DNA of 58,679 nucleotides, the filler included, from Actinomycetota bacterium (lineage in GTDB: Bacteria; Actinomycetota; Actinomycetes; JAKEEW01), in assembly GCA_046725875.1 (NCBI GenBank). It is 3 parts of 3 records of this genome, joined end to end, with 100 filler letters (N's around TTAATTAATTAA, not from the genome) between each part and the next. Parts side by side here need not be neighbours in the genome. Positions count along the whole stretch, not along the records: positions 44,733 to 58,679 come from JBKOZJ010000166.1; 2 more parts are not named here. One strand, written 5' to 3'. The translations under genes were made by a program, and so were the position numbers. The notes beneath the pieces are model-generated. The model made no database searches, was not told the origin of the DNA, and was given only the letters and a program-made list of their open reading frames with translations. Every line of letters starts with the position of its first letter. Positions within the stretch are counted from its first letter, which is position 1. Below, one piece after another: positions 49,513 to 58,679 of this stretch.

Positions 49513-50499
49513 GTGCCGTCGGTGACCGTACGCGTGCCTGCCAAGGTGAACTTGCAGCTCGCTGTCGGCCCGCGCCACGCGGACGGCTACCACGAGCTGG
49601 TCAACGTGTTTCACGCCGTGTCGATCTATGACGAGGTGACCGCGACTCCGGCGGCCCGGCTGCGAATCACAGTCGAGGGCGAAGCGGCGCCTGCCGTTCC
49701 AACCAGTACACAGAACCTCGCGGCCAAGGCAGCCCAGGCGCTCGCCGATGCCACGAGGCCAGGCCGCTCGGGCGGGAAGCCAGGCCGAAGTACTGCCAGT
49801 CCCCGGATCCAGCTGCACATCAAGAAGGGCATCCCGGTCGCCGGTGGCATGGCGGGCGGAAGCGCGGATGCCGCGGCGGCCCTGGTCGCCTGCGATGCCG
49901 TATGGGGAACCGGCCTGACGCAGACCAGCGAGGGGCGGGAGACCCTCCGGGAGATCGCAGCGGGCATTGGCGCCGATGTGCCGTTCGCGCTGCTCGGCGG
50001 CACGGCCATCGGCGTTGGCAAGGGCGACCAGCTCAGCGTCGCGCTGGCGCGCGGGTCTTACCACTGGGTCTTTGCCCTCGCCGACGGCGGCCTGCCCACG
50101 CCGGCCGTCTATGCCGAGCTCGACCGGCTGCGGAGCGATCCGGCCGATGCGCCTCGGCCGATTGCGTCGCCGGCGTTGATGGCCGCTCTGGCGACCGGGG
50201 ATCCGGTTGCCCTCGGCGCCGCACTCTCCAACGACCTGGAGCCGGCCGCCATCCGGCTGCGCCCCCAGCTCCGCCGCACCTTGGACGCGGGGCGCGAGCA
50301 CGGCGCTTTGGGTGCGATCGTGTCCGGATCGGGTCCGACGTGCGCTTTCCTCGCGGCCGATGTCGAGCACATGTACGACATCGCGGTCGCGCTGTCCGCA
50401 ATGGGCGTCTGCCGGGCGGTACGGACGGCGAGTGGCCCCGCGCCCGGCGCTCGCATCGTTCCCGGCGCCTCCCTCGCCGGGTCGACGGAGAGGTCCTAG
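49513..50499 (+). CDS. ispE: 4-diphosphocytidyl-2-C-methyl-D-erythritol kinase
   Basis: PAKVNL, DGYHEL, IPVAGGMAGGSADAAA, GADVPF, NDL, VSGSGPT. Confidence 0.96.
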   Translation: MPSVTVRVPAKVNLQLAVGPRHADGYHELVNVFHAVSIYDEVTATPAARLRITVEGEAAPAVPTSTQNLAAKAAQALADATRPGRSGGKPGRSTASPRIQLHIKKGIPVAGGMAGGSADAAAALVACDAVWGTGLTQTSEGRETLREIAAGIGADVPFALLGGTAIGVGKGDQLSVALARGSYHWVFALADGGLPTPAVYAELDRLRSDPADAPRPIASPALMAALATGDPVALGAALSNDLEPAAIRLRPQLRRTLDAGREHGALGAIVSGSGPTCAFLAADVEHMYDIAVALSAMGVCRAVRTASGPAPGARIVPGASLAGSTERS

Positions 50500-50529
50500 A
50501 GCTTGTGGCCCTCTCCGGCTTGCGAAAGG

Positions 50530-51075
50530 TCAGACGTCCGGCTCGGGGTTGTCGAACGGTCGCACGAGGCGGCGGAGCAGGTCCGCCAGGAGCTTCTGGT
50601 CCGCCGGCGGAAGCGCGGCGAGCAGCTCGCGCTCTCGGTCGAGTAGATCGGCGAACGCCTCGTCCACCCGGGACCGTCCCGCCGCGCTGAGCCGTACGAG
50701 AACCCCGCGCCGGTCCTTGGGGTCCGGCAGTCGAGTAACCAGGCCCCGGCCCTCCAGCCGGTCAATCCGGTTGGTCATGGTGCCCGACGTCACGAGGGTC
50801 TGGGTGAGCAGCTGCCCGGGGGAGAGCTGGTAGGGATGGCCGGCCCGGCGCAGTGCGGCGAGCACATCGAACTCCCAGACCTCGAGGCCGTGTTTGGCGA
50901 ACGCGATACGGCGGGCCCGATCGAGGTGCCGGGCGAGTCGAGTGACCCGGCTGAGTACGTGCAGCGGCGATGCCTCGAGGTCCGGCCGCTCGTGCTGCCA
51001 CGCCTCGACCAGCCGGTCGACCTCGTCGGCACCATGCGCCGGCCCTGACTCCTTGTCGCTACGCGCCCCGCTCAC
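50530..51075 (-). CDS. tamR: MarR family regulator TamR
   Basis: DEVDRLVEAWQHERPDL, EFDVLAALRRAG, TSGTMTNRIDRL; divergent from tam. Confidence 0.88.
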   Translation of the reverse strand: MSGARSDKESGPAHGADEVDRLVEAWQHERPDLEASPLHVLSRVTRLARHLDRARRIAFAKHGLEVWEFDVLAALRRAGHPYQLSPGQLLTQTLVTSGTMTNRIDRLEGRGLVTRLPDPKDRRGVLVRLSAAGRSRVDEAFADLLDRERELLAALPPADQKLLADLLRRLVRPFDNPEPDV

Positions 51076-51095
51076 GCCGGCAGCCTACCGCTCGA

Positions 51096-51128
51096 TACCT
51101 CGATACCGAGTATCTTGATATCGAGACA
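51096..51128. promoter_or_regulatory. TamR operator(s)
   Basis: TATCTTGATATCGAGACA palindrome (51111-51128) with an overlapping degenerate copy TACCTCGATACCGAGTA in the tamR-tam intergenic region. Confidence 0.75.
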
Positions 51129-51192
51129 CTCTTCCGCACCGGGGTACGGCCGGTTACTTCGACCTAAGGGCGCTACAGGAAGGAAGCGGGGC

Positions 51193-52164
51193 ATGTGGGA
51201 CCCGGGCCAGTACTTGAAATACGCCGATGAGCGGGGACGGCCGTTTGCTGAGCTGATCGCCAGAATCCCCGTTCAAGACCCCGGATACGTGGTCGACCTC
51301 GGCTGCGGGCCGGGGAGCCTGACCGCGAGACTGCTCGAACGTTGGCCGGACGCCGTCGTGGAGGGTGTCGACAGCTCGCCAGAGATGATCGAGAAGGCCC
51401 GAGCTACCGGCGTGGCAAGCAGGCTGGACTTTCACCTCGCCGACATGCGGCACTGGCAACCGCACCGACCGGTCGACGTACTCATCTCCAATGCGGCGCT
51501 TCAATGGGTGCCCGGGCACCTGGGGCTGTTGCCGAAGCTTGTCGGCACACTGGCGCCCGGGGGCTGGTTCGCGTTTCAGGTGCCGGGGAACTTCGAGCAG
51601 GCCAGCCACCGCATACTCCGCGACCTCGCGGCCGACCGGCGCTGGGGTCTGGACGAGATCGAATTCCCCTCGTCGAGCGAGCCGATCGACTACGCGGATG
51701 CGCTTGCCGCAGTGGGCTGCCGTGTCGATGTCTGGGAGACCACGTACCTGCACGTGCTACCCGGTCCAGACCCCGTGTTCGAGTGGATCAGCGGCACCGG
51801 CGCGCGTCCCGTACTCACCGCCCTTGGGGCACAAGTCCGGGCCGACTTCTTGGCCGTCTTCAAGGCTCGGTTGCGAGCGGCCTATCCACGGCGGGACTAC
51901 GGCACGGTGCTGCCATTCCGGCGGATCTTCGCCGTCGCACACCTTCCACACGTGTGGCGCCGGCACAGGGGACCGCGACCAGCCCGTTTGATGTCGCCGA
52001 CCAGGGGTAATCCGCCGCGACCCGAGCTCACCTTTCGGATGGCGAGTACCGATGCGGATAGTTGTTGTTGGCGGGACCGGGAACGTTGGCACCAGCCTCA
52101 TTCAGAGACTGAGCGGCGAGCCGCGAGTCAGCTCGATACTCGGGATCGCCAGGCGGCTTCCTGA
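51193..52164 (+). CDS. tam: Trans-aconitate 2-methyltransferase (atypical C-terminal read-through)
   Basis: MWDPGQYLKYADERGRPF, DLGCGPG, SNAALQW, PFRRIFAVA; recognisable sequence ends ~51940. Confidence 0.9.
   Translation: MWDPGQYLKYADERGRPFAELIARIPVQDPGYVVDLGCGPGSLTARLLERWPDAVVEGVDSSPEMIEKARATGVASRLDFHLADMRHWQPHRPVDVLISNAALQWVPGHLGLLPKLVGTLAPGGWFAFQVPGNFEQASHRILRDLAADRRWGLDEIEFPSSSEPIDYADALAAVGCRVDVWETTYLHVLPGPDPVFEWISGTGARPVLTALGAQVRADFLAVFKARLRAAYPRRDYGTVLPFRRIFAVAHLPHVWRRHRGPRPARLMSPTRGNPPRPELTFRMASTDADSCCWRDRERWHQPHSETERRAASQLDTRDRQAAS
51986..52010 (+). promoter_or_regulatory. SigB/SigF-type stress promoter upstream of the epimerase gene
   Basis: GTTT-N15-GGGTAA, 41 nt before ATG 52052. 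Confidence 0.55.
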
Positions 52165-53065
52165 TTGGCAGGCCCAAAAGACGGCCTGGATTGCGGCCGA
52201 TATGGCAAAAGATCAGCTGATTGGCCACTTCCAAAACGCAGACGCGGTGGTTCACCTGGGGTGGCTCTTCCAGCCAACCCATGATCCGATCAGGACGTGG
52301 AACAACAACGTCCAGGGCGGCATTCGGGTCTTTCAAGCGGTCGCTGAGGCGGGCGTGCCTGCTCTGGTATACGCCTCGTCGGTCGGTGCGTACTCGCCCC
52401 GACGGGACGAGGAACCAGTCACTGAGACCTGGCCCACAGATGGCTGGCCGGTGGCGGCATATGGCCGCGAGAAGGCCTATCTGGAACGCGTGCTCGACGC
52501 GTTTGAGCTGCGCCACCCGAACATCCGAGTGGTCCGCATGCGTCCAGCGTTCAGCTTCAAGCGCGAATCCGCTCCGCAGCAGCGCCGCCTCTTCGCTGGA
52601 CCGCTACTCGGGGTCGTCAGCCCGTTGATTCGACCGGGGCTGGTGCCGCTCATGGCCGGGCCACGCGGGCTGCTCCTCCAAGCGCTGCACTCGGCGGATG
52701 CCGCCGAGGCATACCGGCTGGCCGTCATGCAGTCGGTGCGCGGCGCGTTCAATCTAGCTGCGGAGCCAACGCTGACCGCCGACTCACTCGGGGAGCTGGT
52801 GAGCGCGCCGACGGTCAAGCTGCCGCCCCGGCTGGTTCGCATGGCGATCAGCGCCGGCTGGCAGCTTCGCATCCTCCCGTCCTCGCCCGACCTGTTCGAC
52901 CTGGCGATCCGCCTTCCCGTTATGGACACCGGACGCGCGCGCAGCGAGCTGGGCTGGTCGCCCATGACCAGCGCGTTGGATGCCGTACGCGAGGCGATGG
53001 AGGCGCTGCGGGAGGACAGCGGTATGCCTACCCCGCCCTTGGCGTCCGCCCGAGCGGGTCGATGA
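52052..53065 (+). CDS. NAD-dependent epimerase/dehydratase family protein
   Basis: VVGGTGNVG, VVHLGW, YASSVGAY, YGREK. Confidence 0.92.
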   Translation: MRIVVVGGTGNVGTSLIQRLSGEPRVSSILGIARRLPDWQAQKTAWIAADMAKDQLIGHFQNADAVVHLGWLFQPTHDPIRTWNNNVQGGIRVFQAVAEAGVPALVYASSVGAYSPRRDEEPVTETWPTDGWPVAAYGREKAYLERVLDAFELRHPNIRVVRMRPAFSFKRESAPQQRRLFAGPLLGVVSPLIRPGLVPLMAGPRGLLLQALHSADAAEAYRLAVMQSVRGAFNLAAEPTLTADSLGELVSAPTVKLPPRLVRMAISAGWQLRILPSSPDLFDLAIRLPVMDTGRARSELGWSPMTSALDAVREAMEALREDSGMPTPPLASARAGR

Positions 53066-53090
53066 AAGCGGGTCCGGCAACCTAGGTGCG

Positions 53091-53232
53091 CTAATGCCCC
53101 GGGTCGGCGCCCGCGCCGCCGACGAGCAACCGAACGCTGCCCAGGCGGTCGATCTGAGCGACCACTTCGTCGCCGGTCCGGATGGGAACCTGTGCGACGT
53201 TCCCGGTGATGATCCGATCGCCCGCGCCAGCC
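53091..53232 (-). pseudogene. C-terminal remnant of a fumarylacetoacetate hydrolase / 2-keto-4-pentenoate hydratase family gene
   Basis: AGDRIITGNVAQVPIRTGDEVVAQIDRLGSVRL matches the family C-terminal pattern; upstream part missing. Confidence 0.55.
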
Positions 53233-53419
53233 GAGGGTGAATCCCGTCCAGGTAGCTCACGTCGGCCAGCTACCCATTGATACTCGTTTCCTTCATCCTC
53301 ATCGGGTCTGCCGGGCTGGCCGTCGGCGATCCTCGGTTTGCGCGCCTCGGCGCGACATTGGCGGCGCGGCGGGGCGTGCTCGGCCCGCGGTGGCATACCG
53401 TGTGGGCGTGGTGCGGGCG

Positions 53420-54466
53420 ATGGAGCCGGAAGCGGTGGCGGGTGCTGACCGCCGCCGCCTGCGCCGCGCCATCCGCATTGGATTCATCGTCGCTGTGGTC
53501 ACCCTCGGAGCGGTCGCGGTCTGGAAGCAGTGGCCGGAGGTAAAGGACAGTGTCGATCGGCTCAGCCTGGTCACACTCGTTCTGGCCTTGGTTGCGGTCA
53601 CCGCCGGGCTTACCGCGGCAATGTGCGTCTGGCGGGCGATACTCGCAGATCTCGGTTCGCCGCTCCGGTTCTCCACAGCGGCGCGGATCTTCTTCGTCGG
53701 GCAGCTCGGGAAATACATCCCCGGATCGGTGTGGCCGATCCTCGCGCACATGGAAATGGCCCGAGACCAGGGCGTGCCGCGCCGGCGCTCCGGCGTCAGC
53801 TACGCGATCACCATCCTGGTCAACTTCGTCGTCGGGCTCGCCCTCGCGGCGGCAACGCTGCCCTTCGTCGCCGCCGATGCCGCCGGCCACTACATGTGGC
53901 TCTTCCTGCTCGCGCCGCTCATCGCGGCCGGTCTCCATCCGCGCATCCTCAACCCGGGACTCGCCCTGGTCTTCCGGCTGATCCGGCGCGATCCCCCGGA
54001 GCGGCCGCTCACCTGGCGCGGCTTGCGCACGGCCGGCGCTTACGCGCTCGCTTGCTGGTTGTTCTTCGGCCTCCATGTCACGCTGATCGCCGCCGACCTG
54101 GGGGTGGGCTTCGGGCAGGCGTTTGCTCTTTCGGTCGGTGGCTTCGCCCTTGCTTGGATCGCCGGCTTCCTGCTGGTGGTGGCGCCGGCCGGAGCCGGGG
54201 CGCGCGAAGTCGCCCTCGTGGCGGTGCTCGCGCCCGTCCTGGACCGTGGTGCCGCGATCGTCGTCGCGCTGGTCTCTCGCTTGGTCATGACCGTGGGCGA
54301 CCTGATCGCCGCCGCTGGCACGGTCTTGATGCAAGCTTGGCGCCGCCGCAGCCAGTCGGCCGGAAGCCGAGCCGGACGCCGGCAAGCTGGTGCGGCGACA
54401 GCGCCCGGTCGAGTGGACGGCGTAGGCTTGCCCTTCGTCAAGAGCGGAGGGGACAACCCACAGTAG
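53420..54466 (+). CDS. Lysylphosphatidylglycerol synthase TM-domain (UPF0104 flippase-like) protein
   Basis: IFFVGQLGKYIPGSVW, APAGAGAREVAL, multiple TM helices. Confidence 0.88.
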   Translation: MEPEAVAGADRRRLRRAIRIGFIVAVVTLGAVAVWKQWPEVKDSVDRLSLVTLVLALVAVTAGLTAAMCVWRAILADLGSPLRFSTAARIFFVGQLGKYIPGSVWPILAHMEMARDQGVPRRRSGVSYAITILVNFVVGLALAAATLPFVAADAAGHYMWLFLLAPLIAAGLHPRILNPGLALVFRLIRRDPPERPLTWRGLRTAGAYALACWLFFGLHVTLIAADLGVGFGQAFALSVGGFALAWIAGFLLVVAPAGAGAREVALVAVLAPVLDRGAAIVVALVSRLVMTVGDLIAAAGTVLMQAWRRRSQSAGSRAGRRQAGAATAPGRVDGVGLPFVKSGGDNPQ

Positions 54467-54624
54467 GAGCGCAGTAGGACGACCGGGTGGGACCGCGATG
54501 ATTTAGTCGCCTTGTACGGAGCAGGGCGAGTAATTCACAGGCGTCCGGACCGCTCATTGGCAGTTCATCGTTGTACGGTCGAGGAGCATGCTCCGCGACC
54601 TCGGACCCGAGGAGCCGTTCGCCC

Positions 54625-55755
54625 GTGGCGCCCCGCGTGCTCGTCGACGCGACCGCTGTCCACGCCGACCTCGGCGGAGTAAGGCGGTATGTCGACGGCC
54701 TTCTTGCCGCACTGTCTTCGGCAAGTGCCGACCTTGTGATCGTCAGCCAGCGATCGGACGCGGAGCGTTATGGTCGGCTGGCGCCACGGGCGTTGGTCGT
54801 TCCCGGGCCCGCCGCGATCTCCCATCGGCCGGCACGCTTGGCGTGGGAACAGGCATCTCTGCCGCTGCTTGCTCAGCAAGTCGGCGCGGACGTGATTCAT
54901 GCGCCTTACTACTCGGTACCGCTGCGACCCGGCCGCCCGGTGGTGGTGACGATCCACGACGTCTCGGTCTTCTCGATGCCGCAGATCCACAGCCCGGTCA
55001 GGGCGGGTTTCTACCGTTCCGCCACGAAGACTGCCATCCACCGAGCCAACCGGGTCATTGTGCCGTCCAAAGCGACCAGGGACGAGCTCGTGCTGCTGCT
55101 CGACGCGGATCCGTCGATCATCGACGTCGCATACCACGGCGTTGACACTGAACAGTTCCATGTACCGACCGAGCAGGAGCGGCGCCGGGTAAGCGACCGG
55201 CTGGGCCTGCATGGCCTGCCATACGTCGCCTTCCTCGGCGAGATCGCGCCGCGCAAGAACGTCCCCGAGCTCGTACATGGATGGGCAGCCGCGGTCGCCG
55301 ACATGGATCAGCCGCCCGCCCTCGTCCTCGCCGGCTCAACGGGATGGGACGGCGACGTGGACCGGTCGGTTGGCGAGGTGCCTTCCCACCTGCGCGTGGT
55401 CCGCCCTGGCTATCTGCGCGCGAGCGATCTGCCCGGCTATCTGGGCGGTGCCCTCGTGGTCGCCTATCCGAGCCAGGCGGAGGGTTTTGGCCTGCCGGTG
55501 CTGGAGGCGATGGCGTGCGGTGCGCCGGTCCTTACCGCACGGCGGCTTTCGCTCCCCGAGGTCGGCGGTGACGCGGTCGCCTACACCGAGCCGGACGCTG
55601 GGAGCATCGCCGACGGGCTCCGCCGGCTGCTCGCCGACGACGATGCCCGACGGGCCCTCGGTGCCGCCGGTCACACCCGGGCCAGAGAGTTCACGTGGGC
55701 CGCGTCCGCCGAGGCACATCTGGCTTCGTACGCCCGCGCGGCAGGTCAGGCCTGA
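54625..55755 (+). CDS. Glycosyltransferase family 4
   Basis: GGVRRY, TIHD, PRKN, EGFGLPVLEAMACG, FTW. Confidence 0.94.
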   Translation: MAPRVLVDATAVHADLGGVRRYVDGLLAALSSASADLVIVSQRSDAERYGRLAPRALVVPGPAAISHRPARLAWEQASLPLLAQQVGADVIHAPYYSVPLRPGRPVVVTIHDVSVFSMPQIHSPVRAGFYRSATKTAIHRANRVIVPSKATRDELVLLLDADPSIIDVAYHGVDTEQFHVPTEQERRRVSDRLGLHGLPYVAFLGEIAPRKNVPELVHGWAAAVADMDQPPALVLAGSTGWDGDVDRSVGEVPSHLRVVRPGYLRASDLPGYLGGALVVAYPSQAEGFGLPVLEAMACGAPVLTARRLSLPEVGGDAVAYTEPDAGSIADGLRRLLADDDARRALGAAGHTRAREFTWAASAEAHLASYARAAGQA

Positions 55756-56837
55756 TGACCGAAGCGATCATCCTGGTCGGCGGCAAGGGGACCAGGCTTC
55801 GGCCGCTCACAGTGCACACTCCAAAGCCGATGCTGCCGTGCGCGGGCTTGCCGTTCCTCAGCCATCAGCTCTCCCGGCTGCGCGACGCCGGCGTCGACCA
55901 CGTTGTATTGGCGATGTCCTACCGTCCCGAGATGTTCCGCGCCTACTACGGCGACGGCGGTGAGCTTGGCCTGCGCATCGACTACGCGACCGAGGAGGTG
56001 CCGCTCGGAACGGGCGGTGGCATCCGCAATGTCGTGGACCGGCTGACCTCGGCTTCGGACGCGCCCGTGCTCGTGCTCAACAGCGACATCTTGTCCGAGC
56101 ATTCGATCGCGGAGCAGCTGGCACTGCACGACCGGTCAGCCGCCGACGTGACGCTATACCTCACCAGGGTCAGCGACCCGCGGTCCTACGGCTGCGTGCC
56201 CACCGGGCCGGACGGACGCGTTACCGCATTTCTCGAGAAGATGCCGGAGCCGGTTACTGACCAGGTCAATGCCGGCTGCTATGTGTTCCGCCGGTCAGTG
56301 ATCGAGGACGCGATCCCGCCCGGCGCAGTGGTGTCGGTCGAGCGACAGACCTTCCCGGACCTTCTTGCGGCTGGCCGGCCGGTGGTCGGCTACCTCGACG
56401 ACTCGTACTGGCTGGACGTCGGCACCCCGGCAGCATTCGTGAAGGCCAGCGCCGACCTGGTCCTCGGCCGGGTGCACTCGCCAGCGGTCGGCGAGGTCGA
56501 CCACGGCGCCCTGCTGCTTCCCGGCGCCGCGGTCGAGCCCGGCGCCAAGGTCTCCGCCGGCACCAGTCTCGGCCGCGGCTCGTCGGTCGCGGCAGACGCC
56601 ACGGTGGAGGGCTCGGTCCTGCTCGACGGTGTCGTGGTCGAGTCAGGGGCGGTCGTGCGCGACTCGGCAATCGGCGCCGGCGCGCGGATCGGCGCGGGTA
56701 CTGTCGTCGACTCCTCGGTCGTTGGAGACGGCGCGCGGGTGGGCGCCGGCAACGAGCTGCGCGCCGGCGTTCGGGTTTGGGCGGGCATCGTGCTGCCGGA
56801 CTGCGCGGTCCGCTTCTCCAGCGACGTCCCCAGCTAG
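55755..56837 (+). CDS. Mannose-1-phosphate guanylyltransferase (NDP-sugar synthase)
   Basis: LVGGKGTRLRPLT...PKP, PLGTGG, FLEK, WLDVGTP, C-terminal hexapeptide repeats. Confidence 0.92.
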   Translation: MTEAIILVGGKGTRLRPLTVHTPKPMLPCAGLPFLSHQLSRLRDAGVDHVVLAMSYRPEMFRAYYGDGGELGLRIDYATEEVPLGTGGGIRNVVDRLTSASDAPVLVLNSDILSEHSIAEQLALHDRSAADVTLYLTRVSDPRSYGCVPTGPDGRVTAFLEKMPEPVTDQVNAGCYVFRRSVIEDAIPPGAVVSVERQTFPDLLAAGRPVVGYLDDSYWLDVGTPAAFVKASADLVLGRVHSPAVGEVDHGALLLPGAAVEPGAKVSAGTSLGRGSSVAADATVEGSVLLDGVVVESGAVVRDSAIGAGARIGAGTVVDSSVVGDGARVGAGNELRAGVRVWAGIVLPDCAVRFSSDVPS

Positions 56838-56871
56838 CAACGGAGCGGTCCGAGCAGGGACCGCCTTGCTA
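56835..56871. terminator. Hairpin between convergent genes
   Basis: TAGCAA..GCGGTCC-GAGCAG-GGACCGC.TTGCTA. Confidence 0.55.
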
Positions 56872-57615
56872 TGCGGCGTTGGGCTCCGGCGCGTCAGAGA
56901 ACGGGAACTGCTTCATGAACTGGTCGATGATCTCACCGCTCACCTGGCCGCAGAGCTGGCGGTGGCCCAGTCCGCTCGGGCCTGCACCACTGCCTGACCT
57001 ACTCCAGTGCGCGAGCGCAATGTGTTTGCCCTGCGGGAAAGCGCCGTAGCTTTGATCCCACGCGGCGACGATGAACTTCCGCCGGTCCGAGTCCTTCGGT
57101 ACCCGCCTGCTCAGATCCTCGAGGGTCTTCAGCTGATCGCCGGTGACGGTGGTGTCGTACCAGACCACGGTGTAACCGTGCTCGAGATTGTGGACCAGGT
57201 TCTCGACCGGCGGTCGGTCCTCGGCCGTGTAGAAATGGCGGGTGCCAGGCGCAGGCGTGATGAAGTGGTCTCCGCCCACCGGAGGCACAGTCGAATAGCT
57301 GACCCGGGTGACCGACTCATCACCACCACTGCCCGGTCCCACGTGGTTCGCACTCTGGACTGGGTCGTTGGTCACCGCGGCACACTGCGCGGCCGCAGCC
57401 TCAACCCCGTAGTCGGTCAGCGGCTTGTTCGTCCGCCTGTTCTCGTTGATGATCGGGATCACGGCGGCGGCGATGATGCCGAGGCCGACGACCGCGGCCA
57501 CCACGATGAAGGTCATGTTCCGTCGCCGCTCGGCCGCCTTCTCGGCCCGGCGCATTTCCTCGAGCTTTGCCCGGCGGTCCCTGGTCTCGGACCTCTTCTT
57601 CGTCTTGTTGGCCAC
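56869..57615 (-). CDS. DUF3105 domain membrane-anchored protein
   Basis: Basic N-terminus, one TM helix, PPVGGDH, LVHNLEHGYTVVWY. Confidence 0.88.
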   Translation of the reverse strand: MANKTKKRSETRDRRAKLEEMRRAEKAAERRRNMTFIVVAAVVGLGIIAAAVIPIINENRRTNKPLTDYGVEAAAAQCAAVTNDPVQSANHVGPGSGGDESVTRVSYSTVPPVGGDHFITPAPGTRHFYTAEDRPPVENLVHNLEHGYTVVWYDTTVTGDQLKTLEDLSRRVPKDSDRRKFIVAAWDQSYGAFPQGKHIALAHWSRSGSGAGPSGLGHRQLCGQVSGEIIDQFMKQFPFSDAPEPNAA

Positions 57616-57783
57616 GTTGTTCTCTCTGCATCCGCGATCGCCGCCGGCTGCGGCCAGACGATCGGCTCGTCGTCATACGTTTGGGCGAGTCTACGGACTC
57701 GCCCGCACTTTACGTACTCGAAGCCACGGTCCCCGCTGCGCATTGGGCACCTGCTGGCTCCACCGCGGTGCAGACTCTTACTC

Positions 57784-58679
57784 GTGCCAGAACTCACTCG
57801 GGTCTGGCGGCCGGCCCGGCCGGTCGACCTCCATGCGACGCTGGGCTCACTGCGCCGCGGCCGCGGGGATCCGGCCTATCGGCGCGACGCCGATGGTGCG
57901 GTGTGGCGGGCGAGCCGCACCCCCGATGGGGCGGCCACCGTCCGGCTCGCTGTTGATGCAGCAGGCGCAGTGACAGCCGTGGCATGGGGGAGTGGCGCGA
58001 GTTGGATGATCGAGTGTGTACCGCTTCTGCTGGGGGAAGACGATGACCCGGCCGGTTTCGTTCCCCGCCACGCGGTTGTCCGGGAGTCGACGCAGCGGTA
58101 TCCCGGCTGGCGGGTACCGCGAACGGGCTTGGTGATGGAGTCGCTGGTTCCTGCGATCCTGGAGCAGAAGGTAACTGGCGCCGAGGCGTGGCGGTCCTGG
58201 CGTGAACTCCTTTGGCGGTTCGGTGAGGCGGCACCTGGACCGGCCGGCATGCCACGGGGAACGCGGGTCATCCCCTCGCCTCGAGACTGGCGCGAGATCC
58301 CGTCCTGGGGGTGGCATCGGGCCGGGGTCGACGACGGCCGCGTGCGCGCCATCCGGGCCGCAGCCGCCGCGGCCGGGCGACTGGAGGAGACGATCGAGCT
58401 CGGGCTCGTCGAGGCCGAGCGCCGACTGCGTGCCATCCCGGGTGTTGGCTGCTGGACTGCGGCGGAGGTACGCCAGCGGGCCCATGGTGATCCGGACGCG
58501 GTGTCGGTCGGCGACTACCACCTGGCCGGGATGGTGGGTCGGGCGCTCCTTGGCCGGGCGGTCGACGACGCCGGAATGCTCGAGCTGCTGGCGCCATACG
58601 CCGGTCACCGCTACCGGGCCGTACGAATGATCGAACTCGCCGGGTTCGCGCCCGCTCGGCGCGGTCCCCGTGTCGCCGC
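57784..58679 (+). CDS. DNA-3-methyladenine glycosylase II (AlkA/HhH-GPD family), runs off window end
   Basis: Manual translation from GTG 57784: LRRGRGDP...AILEQKVTG...IPGVGCWTAAEV...GDPDAVSVGDYH; absent from the ORF track because it has no stop in the window. Confidence 0.9.
   Translation, partial: MPELTRVWRPARPVDLHATLGSLRRGRGDPAYRRDADGAVWRASRTPDGAATVRLAVDAAGAVTAVAWGSGASWMIECVPLLLGEDDDPAGFVPRHAVVRESTQRYPGWRVPRTGLVMESLVPAILEQKVTGAEAWRSWRELLWRFGEAAPGPAGMPRGTRVIPSPRDWREIPSWGWHRAGVDDGRVRAIRAAAAAAGRLEETIELGLVEAERRLRAIPGVGCWTAAEVRQRAHGDPDAVSVGDYHLAGMVGRALLGRAVDDAGMLELLAPYAGHRYRAVRMIELAGFAPARRGPRVA

Overview
High-GC actinobacterial (Actinomycetota-like) sequence made of three contig pieces joined by artificial 100-bp N/TTAATTAATTAA linkers (18272-18371, 44633-44732), so adjacency across the linkers means nothing biologically. 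Piece 1 holds the upp start, two tandem tRNA-deaminase-associated genes, tadA and tRNA-Ser(CGA), then an accessory stretch: REC-thioredoxin reductase plus cNMP histidine kinase, maleate isomerase-like, AraC modules, L,D-transpeptidase, secreted GalM, gene remnants, a MITE-like element, and a truncated Lhr helicase. Piece 2 holds an AbiEi/DUF559 nuclease gene bracketed by inverted 66-bp palindromic elements, a hopanoid operon (hpnC-hpnD-hpnE-polyprenyl synthase-shc-hpnG::ispH fusion-hpnH) with a divergent PucR regulator, then stress, membrane and two-component genes, an M1 peptidase and pirin. Piece 3 holds a STAND-type adenylate cyclase, rsmA-ispE, tamR/tam, cell-envelope glycosylation genes, DUF3105 and an AlkA-like glycosylase. 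Best candidate for an undescribed system: a DUF559 nuclease-linked family of 66-bp REP-like palindromes (two flanking copies, one free-standing copy 23 kb away, and a tandem array of the element's terminal motif). All product calls come from motif recognition, not database searches.
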